The notes under the pieces were generated by a model that saw only the letters and a program-made list of their open reading frames with translations, made no database searches and was not told where the DNA came from. From assembly GCA_047601445.1 (NCBI GenBank), contig JASGJH010000001.1, positions 6,112,001 to 6,176,000 of the forward strand: a stretch of 64,000 nucleotides of DNA. The letters run 5' to 3'. Below are positions 31,019-41,231 of this stretch, one piece after another (the first letter of the stretch is position 1; each line of letters begins with the position of its first letter). Source of the stretch: Myxococcales bacterium (GTDB lineage: Bacteria; Myxococcota_A; Polyangia; Polyangiales; DASUME01). The position numbers and the translations under genes were made by a program.

Positions 31019-33202
31019 ATGACTCGGCTTCCCAATCTCCTGTTCGCACTGTTGGGGCTGTTCATCGCCGCCTGCGGACCCAGCCAGCCACGCAGCACCG
31101 CGGCAGCGCGGGCGGACACGGCGCCTTCCGCGGCGGTGCAGCCGCCCCGGCCCGAGCCGCGACCGCACCTGGTGAGCTCGCCTTCCGGAGACCGCAACGA
31201 CGAGTACTACTGGCTGCGCGACGACACGCGGAGTTCGCCCGAGGTGCTGGCACTGTTGGCCCAGGAGAACGCCTACGCCGATCGCCAGCTCGCCCATATC
31301 GCGGACGCCAAGCGCGCGCTGTACCAGGAAATCGTCGCGCGTATCCCGCCGAACGACGACTCGGTGCCCGTGGAGGACGACGGCTACTGGTACCAGAAGC
31401 GCTTCGTGGAAGATGGTGAGTACCCACTCTACGTGCGTCGCAAGGGAGCTCCCGACGGCCGCGAAGAGGTCTTGCTCGACGGCAACCAACTGGCTCAGGG
31501 CCACGGCTTCTTTCGCATCTCGGACTACGAGGTCTCACCCGATACGCGCGTGCTCGCCTGGGCGGAAGACACGATGGGGCGTATGCAGCACACGCTGCGC
31601 TTCAAGGATTTGAGTCGCGGTGAACTGCTGCCGGATGTGATCTCGAACGCGGAGGCTGCGCTCGCCTGGGCCGCCGATAGTCAGACGCTGCTCTACATCG
31701 AGAAGGACCCCGAGACGCTGCTTGGCAAACGCGTACGCAAGCACCGCCTGGGGACCGACCCGCGCCTCGACCCCGTGGTGTATGAGGAGCCCGATGAGTC
31801 GTTCTACCTCGCGGTCTGGAGCAGCCGCAGCGAGCGCTTCCTCAACATCTACGCGATCTCCACCGTGTCGAGCGAGCAGTGGGTGGCCGACGCAAACGAT
31901 CCCGAGCTCAAGTTTCGCGTCTTGATCCCACGTCAGCGCGACCACGAGTACCTGGCGCAGGACCATGCCGATCAGTGGGTGCTGCGCAGCAACGCCGGGG
32001 CACCCAACTTTCGCTTGCTGACGGTGCCGATGACTCAGGTGGCCGACCGTACGCGTTGGCGCGACCTGGTCGCGGAGCCCAAGGCAGGACTGATCGACGA
32101 TTTCGATGTATTCGACGGTTTTTTGGCCTACAGCGCGCACCAGGACGGCTTGAGTCGTGTGCACGTGAGGGCTTGGGCGAGCGGCAAGGATCGCGAGATC
32201 GCCGTGCCCGAACCGGCCTCCACCGTGACCCTGGGCGACAACCGCGAGGCCGCGACCACCCACCTCCGCTACGAATACACTTCGCTGAATACGCCCGTCA
32301 GCACCCTGCAGTACGAGCCCGAGACCGCGCGCAGCGAGCTCCTGAAGCAGGAGACCGTGCTCGGCAGCTTCCAGGCCTCCGACTACGCCACCGAGTACCT
32401 ACGCGTCGCCGCGCGCGACGGCACCGTGGTGCCTGTTTCTCTCGTCTATCGCAAGGGGTTCGCGCGTGATGGCTCGGCGCCGCTCTATCAGACGGCCTAT
32501 GGAGCCTACGGTGAGAACTCCGATCCCGAGTTCGACTCGGCGCGCCTCAGTCTGCTCAATCGCGGCGTGGTCTTCGCCATCGCCCACGTGCGCGGGGGGC
32601 AAGAGCTCGGGCGCGCCTGGTACGACCAGGGCCGGCTACTCAACAAGCAGCGCACGTTCTCGGACTTCGTCGATGTTACGCGCTCGCTGGTGGCCCAGGG
32701 CTACACGGCCAGCCAGCGGGTGGCGGCGCGGGGCGCGAGCGCGGGCGGGCTCTTGATGGGGGCCATCGCGAATCAGGCTGCGGGCGACTACCGGGTCATC
32801 GTGGCGCACGTGCCCTTCGTGGACGTGGTGACCACCATGCTCGACGAGTCCATCCCGCTCACGACCAATGAATGGGACGAGTGGGGAGACCCTCGGCAAA
32901 AGCCGTTCTACGAAGCGATGCTGGCCTACTCACCCTACGACAACGTGAAGGCTCAAGCCTACCCGGCGCTGTACGTCACGACCGGGTTGTGGGACTCGCA
33001 GGTGCAGTACTACGAGCCTCTCAAGTGGGTTTCCCGTCTGCGCGCGAAGAAGACCGACGATCAGCCGGTCATCTTGCGCGTCAACATGGAGGCCGGACAT
33101 GGCGGGAAATCGGGGCGCTTCGTGCGTCAGCAGCAGATCGCGGAGGAGTACGCTTTCGTGCTGCACGAGCTGGGCGTAAACGTGGGCGCCCCGAGTCCCT
33201 GA
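31019..33202 (+). CDS. ptrB: Oligopeptidase B (S9A), lipoprotein
   Basis: DEYYWLRDD, GASAGG, DSQVQYYEP, AGHGGKSGRF; lipobox IAAC. Confidence 0.9.
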   Translation: MTRLPNLLFALLGLFIAACGPSQPRSTAAARADTAPSAAVQPPRPEPRPHLVSSPSGDRNDEYYWLRDDTRSSPEVLALLAQENAYADRQLAHIADAKRALYQEIVARIPPNDDSVPVEDDGYWYQKRFVEDGEYPLYVRRKGAPDGREEVLLDGNQLAQGHGFFRISDYEVSPDTRVLAWAEDTMGRMQHTLRFKDLSRGELLPDVISNAEAALAWAADSQTLLYIEKDPETLLGKRVRKHRLGTDPRLDPVVYEEPDESFYLAVWSSRSERFLNIYAISTVSSEQWVADANDPELKFRVLIPRQRDHEYLAQDHADQWVLRSNAGAPNFRLLTVPMTQVADRTRWRDLVAEPKAGLIDDFDVFDGFLAYSAHQDGLSRVHVRAWASGKDREIAVPEPASTVTLGDNREAATTHLRYEYTSLNTPVSTLQYEPETARSELLKQETVLGSFQASDYATEYLRVAARDGTVVPVSLVYRKGFARDGSAPLYQTAYGAYGENSDPEFDSARLSLLNRGVVFAIAHVRGGQELGRAWYDQGRLLNKQRTFSDFVDVTRSLVAQGYTASQRVAARGASAGGLLMGAIANQAAGDYRVIVAHVPFVDVVTTMLDESIPLTTNEWDEWGDPRQKPFYEAMLAYSPYDNVKAQAYPALYVTTGLWDSQVQYYEPLKWVSRLRAKKTDDQPVILRVNMEAGHGGKSGRFVRQQQIAEEYAFVLHELGVNVGAPSP

Positions 33203-34336
33203 TCAGTTACCGCTACCGCCCCAGGTTCCCGGCACGGTGACACCGTCGCCATCGGTGCCCGTGTCGTCGTCCGGGTCGGTCACGCCCTTCGGATCTTCCT
33301 CGATGTCCACCGTGAAGGTGAAGGGGGTGGTGATGTCCTCCTTCTTTCCGTTCACGTTGGTGGTGGTGATCAAGTTGCCGCTGATGCGGTAGCGACTGTC
33401 GGGGTCCGTCAGCACATACATGCCCTCGCCGGTCACGGTGACCGCGCCCAGGCGGATGCCCGAGCTCACGCCGGCGAAGGCGTGCTCGAGGCCCATGGCG
33501 TCCGACGCCTCGATGAAGGAGCCGCCGGTCTGCTCGGTCAACTCCGTAAGCTGCCTGTAGTCGAGCTGCTTGCCCAGGCCGATGGCGTAGATGGGGATGT
33601 GATTGTTCTGCGCCTTTTCGATCACGTCCTGGAAGTCATTGTCGTCATCGGCGATGCCATCCGTGAGCACCACCAGCGCCGGAATGCTCGAGTCCTGCTT
33701 GGCGATCAAGAGGTCGAGTCCCTCGAGGATGGACTCGTAGAGCGGGGTGCCGCCGTCCTCGGTCAGGCTGTTGAGGGAGGCGTCGAGCAAGGTGCGATCG
33801 TTGGTGAAGTCCTGCAGTACGCGTGAGTAGTCGAGCGGCGGGGTCGAGCTGGGTCCGAAGTCGAGCACGGACACCTGATCGTTCGGCCGGAGCACGTCGA
33901 ACAGGGCCTTGCCGCCCAAACGCCGACCCATGCCCTCCGGATCGTTGTCGGCCATGCTGCCCGAGCTGTCGAAGATCATTACGGCGCGCAGGGCTGCGTC
34001 GGGGTCGGCCTCGATGGTGTCCACCTGCTTGACCTGAGCGTTCACCGCGATGGGCGCGGCTTTGTCGTCATCGAGCGACTGCATGGTGACGTTCGCGAAG
34101 GAGAAGGCGCTCTTGGGCAGGTGCTGACCCACGAAGTTGCCCTTTGCGTCCTTGGGCGAGACGTCGATGCGAAGGTCGCCCTGGTTCGCGTAGAAGTGTC
34201 CGCTCGCGCCCACCAGCACGGCTTCCTTCACCTCCGCCGTCGGCTGGTCATTCTCGTCGCATGCCGCGCCGAACACCAAACCGGCCGTGAGAATCGACAA
34301 CACCTTGCGCGTCGCGCTGGATCCTTCGTTGAACAT
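33203..34336 (-). CDS. VWA-domain lipoprotein
   Basis: DSSGSM MIDAS, GGTPLY, LTDG; lipobox GAAC. Confidence 0.85.
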   Translation of the reverse strand: MFNEGSSATRKVLSILTAGLVFGAACDENDQPTAEVKEAVLVGASGHFYANQGDLRIDVSPKDAKGNFVGQHLPKSAFSFANVTMQSLDDDKAAPIAVNAQVKQVDTIEADPDAALRAVMIFDSSGSMADNDPEGMGRRLGGKALFDVLRPNDQVSVLDFGPSSTPPLDYSRVLQDFTNDRTLLDASLNSLTEDGGTPLYESILEGLDLLIAKQDSSIPALVVLTDGIADDDNDFQDVIEKAQNNHIPIYAIGLGKQLDYRQLTELTEQTGGSFIEASDAMGLEHAFAGVSSGIRLGAVTVTGEGMYVLTDPDSRYRISGNLITTTNVNGKKEDITTPFTFTVDIEEDPKGVTDPDDDTGTDGDGVTVPGTWGGSGN

Positions 34337-34628
34337 GTCCTCGTTCCTTTGATTGCCCGCAGGCTCGCTGCTGGTGGCGAACTGAACGTGCAGGACCGTG
34401 GTCTGCTTCACGTGAAATCGGGGTTGTTTGGGGTGACCTTGGCGGTGGGCGCAGCGGAATCCAGCGTGGGCGCGCGGCGCAGCGCGACCCTCGCGGCCCG
34501 CGATGCTTAACCGAGGTGGCCTTCGGATTGACCCGCATCACCCCGACCGCACAAAGGGCTTGCCCGCCATGGGGACGCGTACGACTCCTAGGCATTGCTC
34601 GGGAAACCGGGCTCGCCAGGACGAACTT

Positions 34629-36128
34629 ATGCAGAAATCGAATGCCTTGCTGATCTCGTGTTTGGCCCTTGCCCTGGGCTGCGGCAGCTCCGCCAAGCAG
34701 GGCGACGTCGCTCCTGCAGGCGGTGACGGCGATGGCGATGGCGACTCGGGCGACGGAGACGGCGACTCGGGCGACGGTGATGGCGACGGCAATCCGTCGA
34801 ATCCCGGCAATGAGTTTGGTGATGGGGATGGCGATGGCGATGGCGGCCCGAAGGTGCTGCCACCCTACGAGGGCGACGGCGATCCCTGGACGAAGCCTGC
34901 CCCGCGCGCCACCTGCGCCCCGGGCGACGAAGTCGACGGTCCGCTCTCGGGCGTGGACGGCAACCTGCGCTGCAACGTGGAGCTGCTGCACGATGTGGCG
35001 GCGCCTCACTACCTCTCTGTCGCGTGGTACCAGGACTGCGCGTACGTGAACGGCAACGACGGCACCACGGTGATCCAGGTCGCGCCCGACGGCACCGCCA
35101 CCATGACCGACTACCTCACCCAGGTGGGCTTCCGCAGCAACTGGGAGAGCATGAAGGCGAGCCCCGTGAGCGGTCTATTGGTGGGCTTCCAGTCCAACAA
35201 CCCGGGCTTGAGCGTGTTCGACGTGGCGGGCGACTGCGCGCACCCCGCGTTCAAGGGATCCACCGATCTCAACGGCGGTCTCGGACACGCAGGCAACTTC
35301 TCTCCCGACGGCACCATCTACTACGCGAGCTCCATGTTTAGCGCGACCGTGTATGCCGTGGATCTCGCCGATCCCACCAAGCCCACCGTGATGACTACGG
35401 ACTTCGGCGGCGTCAGTTCCCACGACTTGAACACCAACAAGGACGGCACGCGCGGCTACTTCGCTTATCCCAGGCTCGCCGCGGACGTGGGCCAGGGCAG
35501 CATCGCCATCATGGATCTGAGCGAGATCCAGGCGCGCAAGCCCAACCCCAAGGCCACCGTCATCAAGCAGTGGAATTGGGCCGACGGCGACACCAGTCAA
35601 TACACCATCCCGGTGAGCTTCCGCGGCAAGAGCCACCTCATCGTCTCGGACGAGATGGGCGCTCGCAATTGCCTCGACCCCAACAAGTCGATCTGGGGCT
35701 ACGCGCGCATCTTCGACATCAGCGACGAGCAGAACCCGAAGCTCGTGGCGCTGATCAAGACCGAGGCGCAGGATCCGGCGAACTGCTCGGCGGCAGGGCA
35801 ATCCACGGACTTGCCCTTCGGTGTGAGCACCCACTACTGCAACGTCGATCGTCCCGATGACCCGCGCTTGCTCGCGTGCGGCATCTGGCAGGGTGGGGTG
35901 CGTCTCTATGACATCCGCAACCCATGGCGCCCCAAGGAAGTGGCCTATTTCGACCGTATCGAGACCAGCGACACCCCCGGAAACGTGCCGGGCCTCACGC
36001 GCATCGTGGCGGAGAAACGCGAGTGGTGGCTGGCGATGACCCAGCTCAGTTCGGTCGGCGGCTCGGGCAAGTTCTACGTGCTCAAGTTCCCCGAGGGGGG
36101 CGTGGTCGATCAGATCCTGTCCGAGTAG
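34629..36128 (+). CDS. LVIVD-repeat-like propeller lipoprotein with GDGD linker
   Basis: Lipobox ALGC; GLSVFDV, SIAIMDL, ARIFDIS, GVRLYDIRNP. Confidence 0.7.
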   Translation: MQKSNALLISCLALALGCGSSAKQGDVAPAGGDGDGDGDSGDGDGDSGDGDGDGNPSNPGNEFGDGDGDGDGGPKVLPPYEGDGDPWTKPAPRATCAPGDEVDGPLSGVDGNLRCNVELLHDVAAPHYLSVAWYQDCAYVNGNDGTTVIQVAPDGTATMTDYLTQVGFRSNWESMKASPVSGLLVGFQSNNPGLSVFDVAGDCAHPAFKGSTDLNGGLGHAGNFSPDGTIYYASSMFSATVYAVDLADPTKPTVMTTDFGGVSSHDLNTNKDGTRGYFAYPRLAADVGQGSIAIMDLSEIQARKPNPKATVIKQWNWADGDTSQYTIPVSFRGKSHLIVSDEMGARNCLDPNKSIWGYARIFDISDEQNPKLVALIKTEAQDPANCSAAGQSTDLPFGVSTHYCNVDRPDDPRLLACGIWQGGVRLYDIRNPWRPKEVAYFDRIETSDTPGNVPGLTRIVAEKREWWLAMTQLSSVGGSGKFYVLKFPEGGVVDQILSE

Positions 36129-36153
36129 TCGACGCGATAAGCTGAAGCCCCCG

Positions 36154-37605
36154 ATGTCGCTCCCCCGCGCCCTCCTCGTTTCGCTGACGCTCGGCCTCGG
36201 GCTGGCCCCTGCGCGGGCGGCGCTCGCCAACGGACGCATGCCGGGCGCCAACGACGTGCTGTTCAACGCGGGAGACCCGCAGCAGTTGATCACCCGGGCG
36301 ACCTTCGGCATCGTGCAGAGCTTCGATCGCGGCGCTTCCTGGCAGTGGATCTGCGAGCAGGTCATCGACGTGAGCGGCGTGGTGGCAGATCCGCCCTTGG
36401 CCGTGATGTCCGACGGCACCCAGGTGTTGTTGCCACCCACCGGCAGTGCGCTCGTCAGCATGGACCACGGTTGTTCGTGGCAGCGCGCGCTCGAGCCTTT
36501 GGCCGGAAATCGCGGCGTGGATCTCACGCTCGACGCCAACGACCCCAAGCGTGTCTTACTCCTGATGTCCACGCTGGCCGAGGTCGACGCGCAGGGATTC
36601 GGCTCCTATCGCAACCTGGTGATCGAGAGTCTCGACGATGGCCATAGCTGGCACACGATGGCGACCTTGCCCGACGATCTGATCGCCGAGACCCTCGAGG
36701 TTGCGGCCAGCGATTCGCAGCGCATCTACGTGAGCGGCACCGACCGCAAGAACTCCCGGCTCGGTATCATCGAGCGCAGCGAAGACGGGGGACAGAGCTG
36801 GCAGCGCACCACGCTGGCCTTGCCTGCGGGAACCGGTAGCTTGCTGATCAGCGCCATCGCGCCGAACGATCCAGACCGGCTGTGGGTGCGCGTGCCGGCG
36901 AGCGGCGACACGCTGGGGCTGTTGCCGGCCAGCTTGATGGTGAGCGACGACAAGGGCGCAACCTTTCGGCTGCTGGCTTCCACCCAGAAGGCCATGTTCG
37001 GTTTGGCGGTCTCGCCCGATGGCAGCCGCCTGGCCTACGGTGGGCCCACCGACGGCTTGTTCGTGGGGCCTTCCGACGGCAGCGGTCCGTTCGAGAAGCG
37101 CGCCGACCTCGGCGTGCGTTGCCTGCGTTGGACCTCGGCGGGGGAGCTCTACGTGTGCGGCAGCGAGCCCCAGGACGCGTTCAGCCTGGGCGTCTCGCTG
37201 GATGAGGGCCAAACCTTCCGCGCGCTCTTTCGCCTCGCGGAGACCTGCCCCGCTAGCTGTGCAGCCGACAGCTCATTCGACGAGATCTGCGGGAACGCCT
37301 GGGGCATGACGCGGCCCTTCATCCGGGCTTCGGGCGCGATGTGCAGCGTGCCTTGGGCGGCGCCGGTGATGGACGCGGGGGCGGCTTCGGACGCTGGCAA
37401 CGGGTTGCTCGACGCGGGCGGCACTCCGTCACCGGACGCGGGCGAAGCCGAACCCGAACCCAAGTCCGGGGCGGAAGGTTGCTCCTGTCGCTTGGCGCCC
37501 TCGGAGCGACCCGGAGTGGCAGCGTGGGCCCTGAGCGCATGGCTCGGATTGGCCCTGCGTGCGCGCCGCCGCGCGCGGGTCGGGAGACGAGGAGGCCAGG
37601 CATGA
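36154..37605 (+). CDS. Secreted BNR/Asp-box protein with MYXO-CTERM-like tail (copy 2)
   Basis: ANGRMP, SFDRGASW, SLDDGHSW, SEDGGQSW; EGCSC + TM + RARRR. Confidence 0.8.
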   Translation: MSLPRALLVSLTLGLGLAPARAALANGRMPGANDVLFNAGDPQQLITRATFGIVQSFDRGASWQWICEQVIDVSGVVADPPLAVMSDGTQVLLPPTGSALVSMDHGCSWQRALEPLAGNRGVDLTLDANDPKRVLLLMSTLAEVDAQGFGSYRNLVIESLDDGHSWHTMATLPDDLIAETLEVAASDSQRIYVSGTDRKNSRLGIIERSEDGGQSWQRTTLALPAGTGSLLISAIAPNDPDRLWVRVPASGDTLGLLPASLMVSDDKGATFRLLASTQKAMFGLAVSPDGSRLAYGGPTDGLFVGPSDGSGPFEKRADLGVRCLRWTSAGELYVCGSEPQDAFSLGVSLDEGQTFRALFRLAETCPASCAADSSFDEICGNAWGMTRPFIRASGAMCSVPWAAPVMDAGAASDAGNGLLDAGGTPSPDAGEAEPEPKSGAEGCSCRLAPSERPGVAAWALSAWLGLALRARRRARVGRRGGQA

Positions 37606-38124
37606 AGGTCCGCATCACGCTGCTCGCGCTGGCGTTGTGCGCCTGTGCCGGCGACGAGAACGATTCACTTCAGGCGGGTTCGGACGTGGACGGCGCGGTC
37701 TACGAGGGCTGTGGCTCCACGCCAGCGTTCGCACTCGGCACGGTCGAGCGCGGCATGTCCGGGCAGATCGAGGCCGTATTGCTGGATGCCATGCCCAAGC
37801 CGCCCATGCGCTATCGCAACGACTGGACCGTGCAGTTCAGGAACGCCGACACGCACAGGGTGCTGCCTGACGCGGACATCACCATGGTGCGTCCTTTCAT
37901 GCCGGTGCACGGCCACGACGGAAACGTGCTGCCCACGGTGAGCCGAGGTGCCGACGACAGCTTTCGCATCGAGAACCTGAATCTCAACATGCGCGGCCCC
38001 TGGGAGATCCGAGATCCACGTGACCTCGCCGTGGCTCTCGCCCGACGCCTCTGCGCCGGAGGCCGACGCCTCTGTGTCGCTCGCGACCGACTACATCGTG
38101 TTTCATGTCTGCATCTCGGAATAG
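37602..38124 (+). CDS. YtkA/FixH-like lipoprotein (copy 2), +1 frameshift near 38010
   Basis: Lipobox LCAC; MPVHGH; NMRGPWEI. Removing one base restores HVTSP...DYIVFHVCISE, matching copy 1 LTSP...DYLIFDVCVEEE. Confidence 0.78.
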
Positions 38125-39532
38125 CTCGCTGCACCTGCTGTGCCTAGCGCTGGTCGTCGCTTGCGGCGACCCCGAGCCAAACCAAGAGGCCGCTCCGCTG
38201 CTCACCCGCGAGCAACTGATGGACCCCACCCAGTGCAAGGACTGCCACCCCAAGCACTATCGCGAGTGGGCCAGCAGCATGCACGCCTATGCCAGCACCG
38301 ACCCGGTGTTCTTGGCGATGAACCGCCGTGGTCAGCGTGAGACCCAGGGCGCGCTCGGCGACTTCTGCGTGCGCTGCCATGCACCCCTCGCAGTGCGCGA
38401 GGGACTCACCAAGGACGGCTTGAATCTGGCCGACGTGCCGAGCTCCATGCAGGGCGTGACCTGCTACTTCTGTCACAACACGAGCTCGGTTGGAAACCAC
38501 GCCAACAACGATCTGCAGCTGGCCGACGATCGAACCATGCGCGGCGGCATCACCGACCCCAAGCGCGCCGGGGCCCACGACTCCGCGTACTCGAACTACC
38601 ACGATCGCAATGCCGGCCAGAGCACGAGCCTGTGCGGGAGCTGCCACGACGTGGTGACGCCGAGCGGCGTGGCCCTCGAGCGCACCTTTCAGGAATACCA
38701 AGCCAGCTTGTTCGCCCATGAAGGTCCCGGCTTCGAGACTTGCTCCGGATGCCACATGCCGGGTCGCACGGGCCAAGCCGCGAGTGGCGGCCGCGTAGAC
38801 CGCGTGGTGCACGAGCACCTGTGGCCAGGCGTCGACTTGGCGCTGAGCGAGTTCCCTGATCGCGAGGCCCAGCGTCTTGCTGTGGAGTGCAACCTGGCGC
38901 TCAATGCACGCATCTTCTCGTTCAGTGTGGATGGCGTGGGCGGGGTTTCGATCAAGGTGGAGACTGCGGCCGGACACGCGCAGCCGAGCGGTGCCGCCCA
39001 GGACCGCAGGCTGTGGCTCGAGGTGGTGGCCTACGATGCGAACGACAAGGTGCTCTTCGAGAGCGGCACGCTGGAGGACGGCGAGCTCGAGGACAAGGCA
39101 CCCGAGGATCCCGGCTACGATCGCAACCTCGTGCTGTACCGCGAGTGGCTGTACGACGCACAGGGGCAGCCCGTGCACATGTTCTGGGAAACGGCGGTGT
39201 CGAGCGCGTATCCGTTGGGCTATTCGAGCCTAACGTTGCCTGCGGCGGCCCGACTCAACGAGGCGCATTCGCTGGAAGCCCGCTACCTGCTGCCCAACTA
39301 CGAGCAGGTCACGCGCATCACGGCGCGCTTGCGCATGCGTGCGGTGGGCATGGATGTGCTGCAGAGCCTGGTGGACTCCCAGGACCTCGATCCCGCCGTG
39401 CTCGCCGAGATGCCCACCTTCACGCTGCACGGTGCCAGTGCCGAGTGGACCAAGGCCGACGGAATGCTGCGCTCGTTGTGGCCCGAGGATCTGCGCTGTC
39501 CGGACGACTACCGGATGCTGCTCGGAGAGTGA
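38105..39532 (+). CDS. Pentaheme cytochrome c lipoprotein (copy 2)
   Basis: Lipobox VVAC; CKDCH, CVRCH, CYFCH, CGSCH, CSGCH; shares long motifs with copy 1. Confidence 0.9.
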   Translation: MSASRNSSLHLLCLALVVACGDPEPNQEAAPLLTREQLMDPTQCKDCHPKHYREWASSMHAYASTDPVFLAMNRRGQRETQGALGDFCVRCHAPLAVREGLTKDGLNLADVPSSMQGVTCYFCHNTSSVGNHANNDLQLADDRTMRGGITDPKRAGAHDSAYSNYHDRNAGQSTSLCGSCHDVVTPSGVALERTFQEYQASLFAHEGPGFETCSGCHMPGRTGQAASGGRVDRVVHEHLWPGVDLALSEFPDREAQRLAVECNLALNARIFSFSVDGVGGVSIKVETAAGHAQPSGAAQDRRLWLEVVAYDANDKVLFESGTLEDGELEDKAPEDPGYDRNLVLYREWLYDAQGQPVHMFWETAVSSAYPLGYSSLTLPAAARLNEAHSLEARYLLPNYEQVTRITARLRMRAVGMDVLQSLVDSQDLDPAVLAEMPTFTLHGASAEWTKADGMLRSLWPEDLRCPDDYRMLLGE

Positions 39533-39541
39533 GGCGTCACT

Positions 39542-40843
39542 TCACTCGCCTGGCAGGGTGCCGCTGGCGGTCTTGGGTTGGGGCTGTTCCCGGGCCTGAT
39601 TGCCGCGCACCCAGCGCGCGATGCTCTGCATGGCGCGCGAAACGGCGGAGCCCAGCGGCGGCACGGACTTGCGATCCTCTGCCGGCGGCGCCGACGAATT
39701 GCTCACGTGTTTGGGGCCGCTCTTGCGGATGGGCTTGGTGACCAGCGTGCGACGCGTGGTGCGTCCCGCGCGGCCGACTTCCGGCTCACTCATGCGCCGT
39801 GAGTGCTGCACGATCATCTTGCGGTACTCGCGCGAGCCCGGAAACATCGCATCGAGCCAGCTCCCGAGGGCCGCCCGCGGGATGTGCCCGAAGTGGCTCG
39901 ACATGAGCTGCTCGAGCGCGTTGCCGAAGGCCAGGGCGTCGGCGTAGCGGTCGTCGGGGTGGCGCCTGAGCGCGCGCATCACCACCTCGTCCAGATCGGG
40001 AGGCACGAAGTCGTTGTGCTTGGAGGGCGGGTCGATCTTGCCGAGCTCCACGCCCACGCTGGCCTTGGTCTCGGACTCGTGTGAGAAGAGCGCCCTGCCC
40101 GTGAGCATCTCCCAGGTCACCACACCCAGCGACCATACGTCAGTGCGTCGGTCGACCTCCTGGGCACGCACTTGCTCGGGCGACATATAGGCGCACTTGC
40201 CCTTGATGGTTCCCTCGGGCGTCAGCGGGCCGCCGCCGCCGCGCGCCACGCCAAAGTCGAGGATGCGCACCGTGCCGTCGTAGAGCAGGAACAGGTTCTG
40301 TGGCGAGATATCGCGGTGCACGATCTTGAGCGGCACGCCTTCCTGATCTTGCACCTCGTGGGCGGCGTGGAGCCCTTCGCAGAGCTTGGCCACCGTGCGC
40401 ACCAGGCAGCCCGTGGAGAAGTCCGAGCGATTGGCCGACATCAACGGGAACAGGCGCGAGAGCGGTTCGCCGACCAGATATTCCATGGCGAGAAAGGGCG
40501 AGCCGCCCGCGGTCCCCACGTCCCACAGCTTGCACACGTAAGGATGGTTGATGCTGGAGAGCACGCGGGCCTCCGACACGAACATGCGCACGAAGTCCGG
40601 GCGGTCGGTGAGGTGCGAGCGAATCGTCTTCAGCGCCACCGTGCGCTCGATGCCGGTCTCCTCGGTGCGTTGCGCAACGTAGACGGTTCCCATGCCGCCC
40701 GCGGCCAACTCGCAGACGAGTCGATAGGGCCCGAGTGCGCCCCGTGCGGGGCGAAACGAGGGCAGCTGGCCGTGCGCCACGAGGGACGTTCTTTCTAGCT
40801 CAATTGAGGTCCTCGTGCGCAGCGTGGCCGTATCCCAAGCCAT
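39542..40843 (-). CDS. Cytoplasmic Ser/Thr protein kinase
   Basis: GGMGTVY, VALK, HRDISPQN, DFG, YMSPE; no TM seen. Confidence 0.9.
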   Translation of the reverse strand: MAWDTATLRTRTSIELERTSLVAHGQLPSFRPARGALGPYRLVCELAAGGMGTVYVAQRTEETGIERTVALKTIRSHLTDRPDFVRMFVSEARVLSSINHPYVCKLWDVGTAGGSPFLAMEYLVGEPLSRLFPLMSANRSDFSTGCLVRTVAKLCEGLHAAHEVQDQEGVPLKIVHRDISPQNLFLLYDGTVRILDFGVARGGGGPLTPEGTIKGKCAYMSPEQVRAQEVDRRTDVWSLGVVTWEMLTGRALFSHESETKASVGVELGKIDPPSKHNDFVPPDLDEVVMRALRRHPDDRYADALAFGNALEQLMSSHFGHIPRAALGSWLDAMFPGSREYRKMIVQHSRRMSEPEVGRAGRTTRRTLVTKPIRKSGPKHVSNSSAPPAEDRKSVPPLGSAVSRAMQSIARWVRGNQAREQPQPKTASGTLPGE

Positions 40844-41231
40844 AGAGCTCTCCCCCGGCGAGCTCCCCCTGAGCTCACGCAACCATGCTATCCGCCCGAC
40901 GCAAGCGACGTAAAGTGACCTGCCTCGCAGCATCTAGCTTTCTTGGGCAAGAATCTTTGCAGATCCAGCCTCGAACCAGCCTTTGTTAGGCTATTCAGTG
41001 CGACTGCGAGGGGCTCCGAAATCGCTCAGCTAAGCCGACGCGCCGTGCCCGAATCAGTGTTTGAGCACACTCCCTACAGCATCGCTCGTGTGAGATAGAA
41101 GCCGTTGCAAGTCGGGATATTTGACTTGAATCGGTCATTTGAGCAGTACGAAAATACTTTACACGGGCTGGCCGACGGGCTGCGACCCGGGTCGCCAAAG
41201 CAGCTCGTTTAGGCCATCAAGCAGGGGACGT

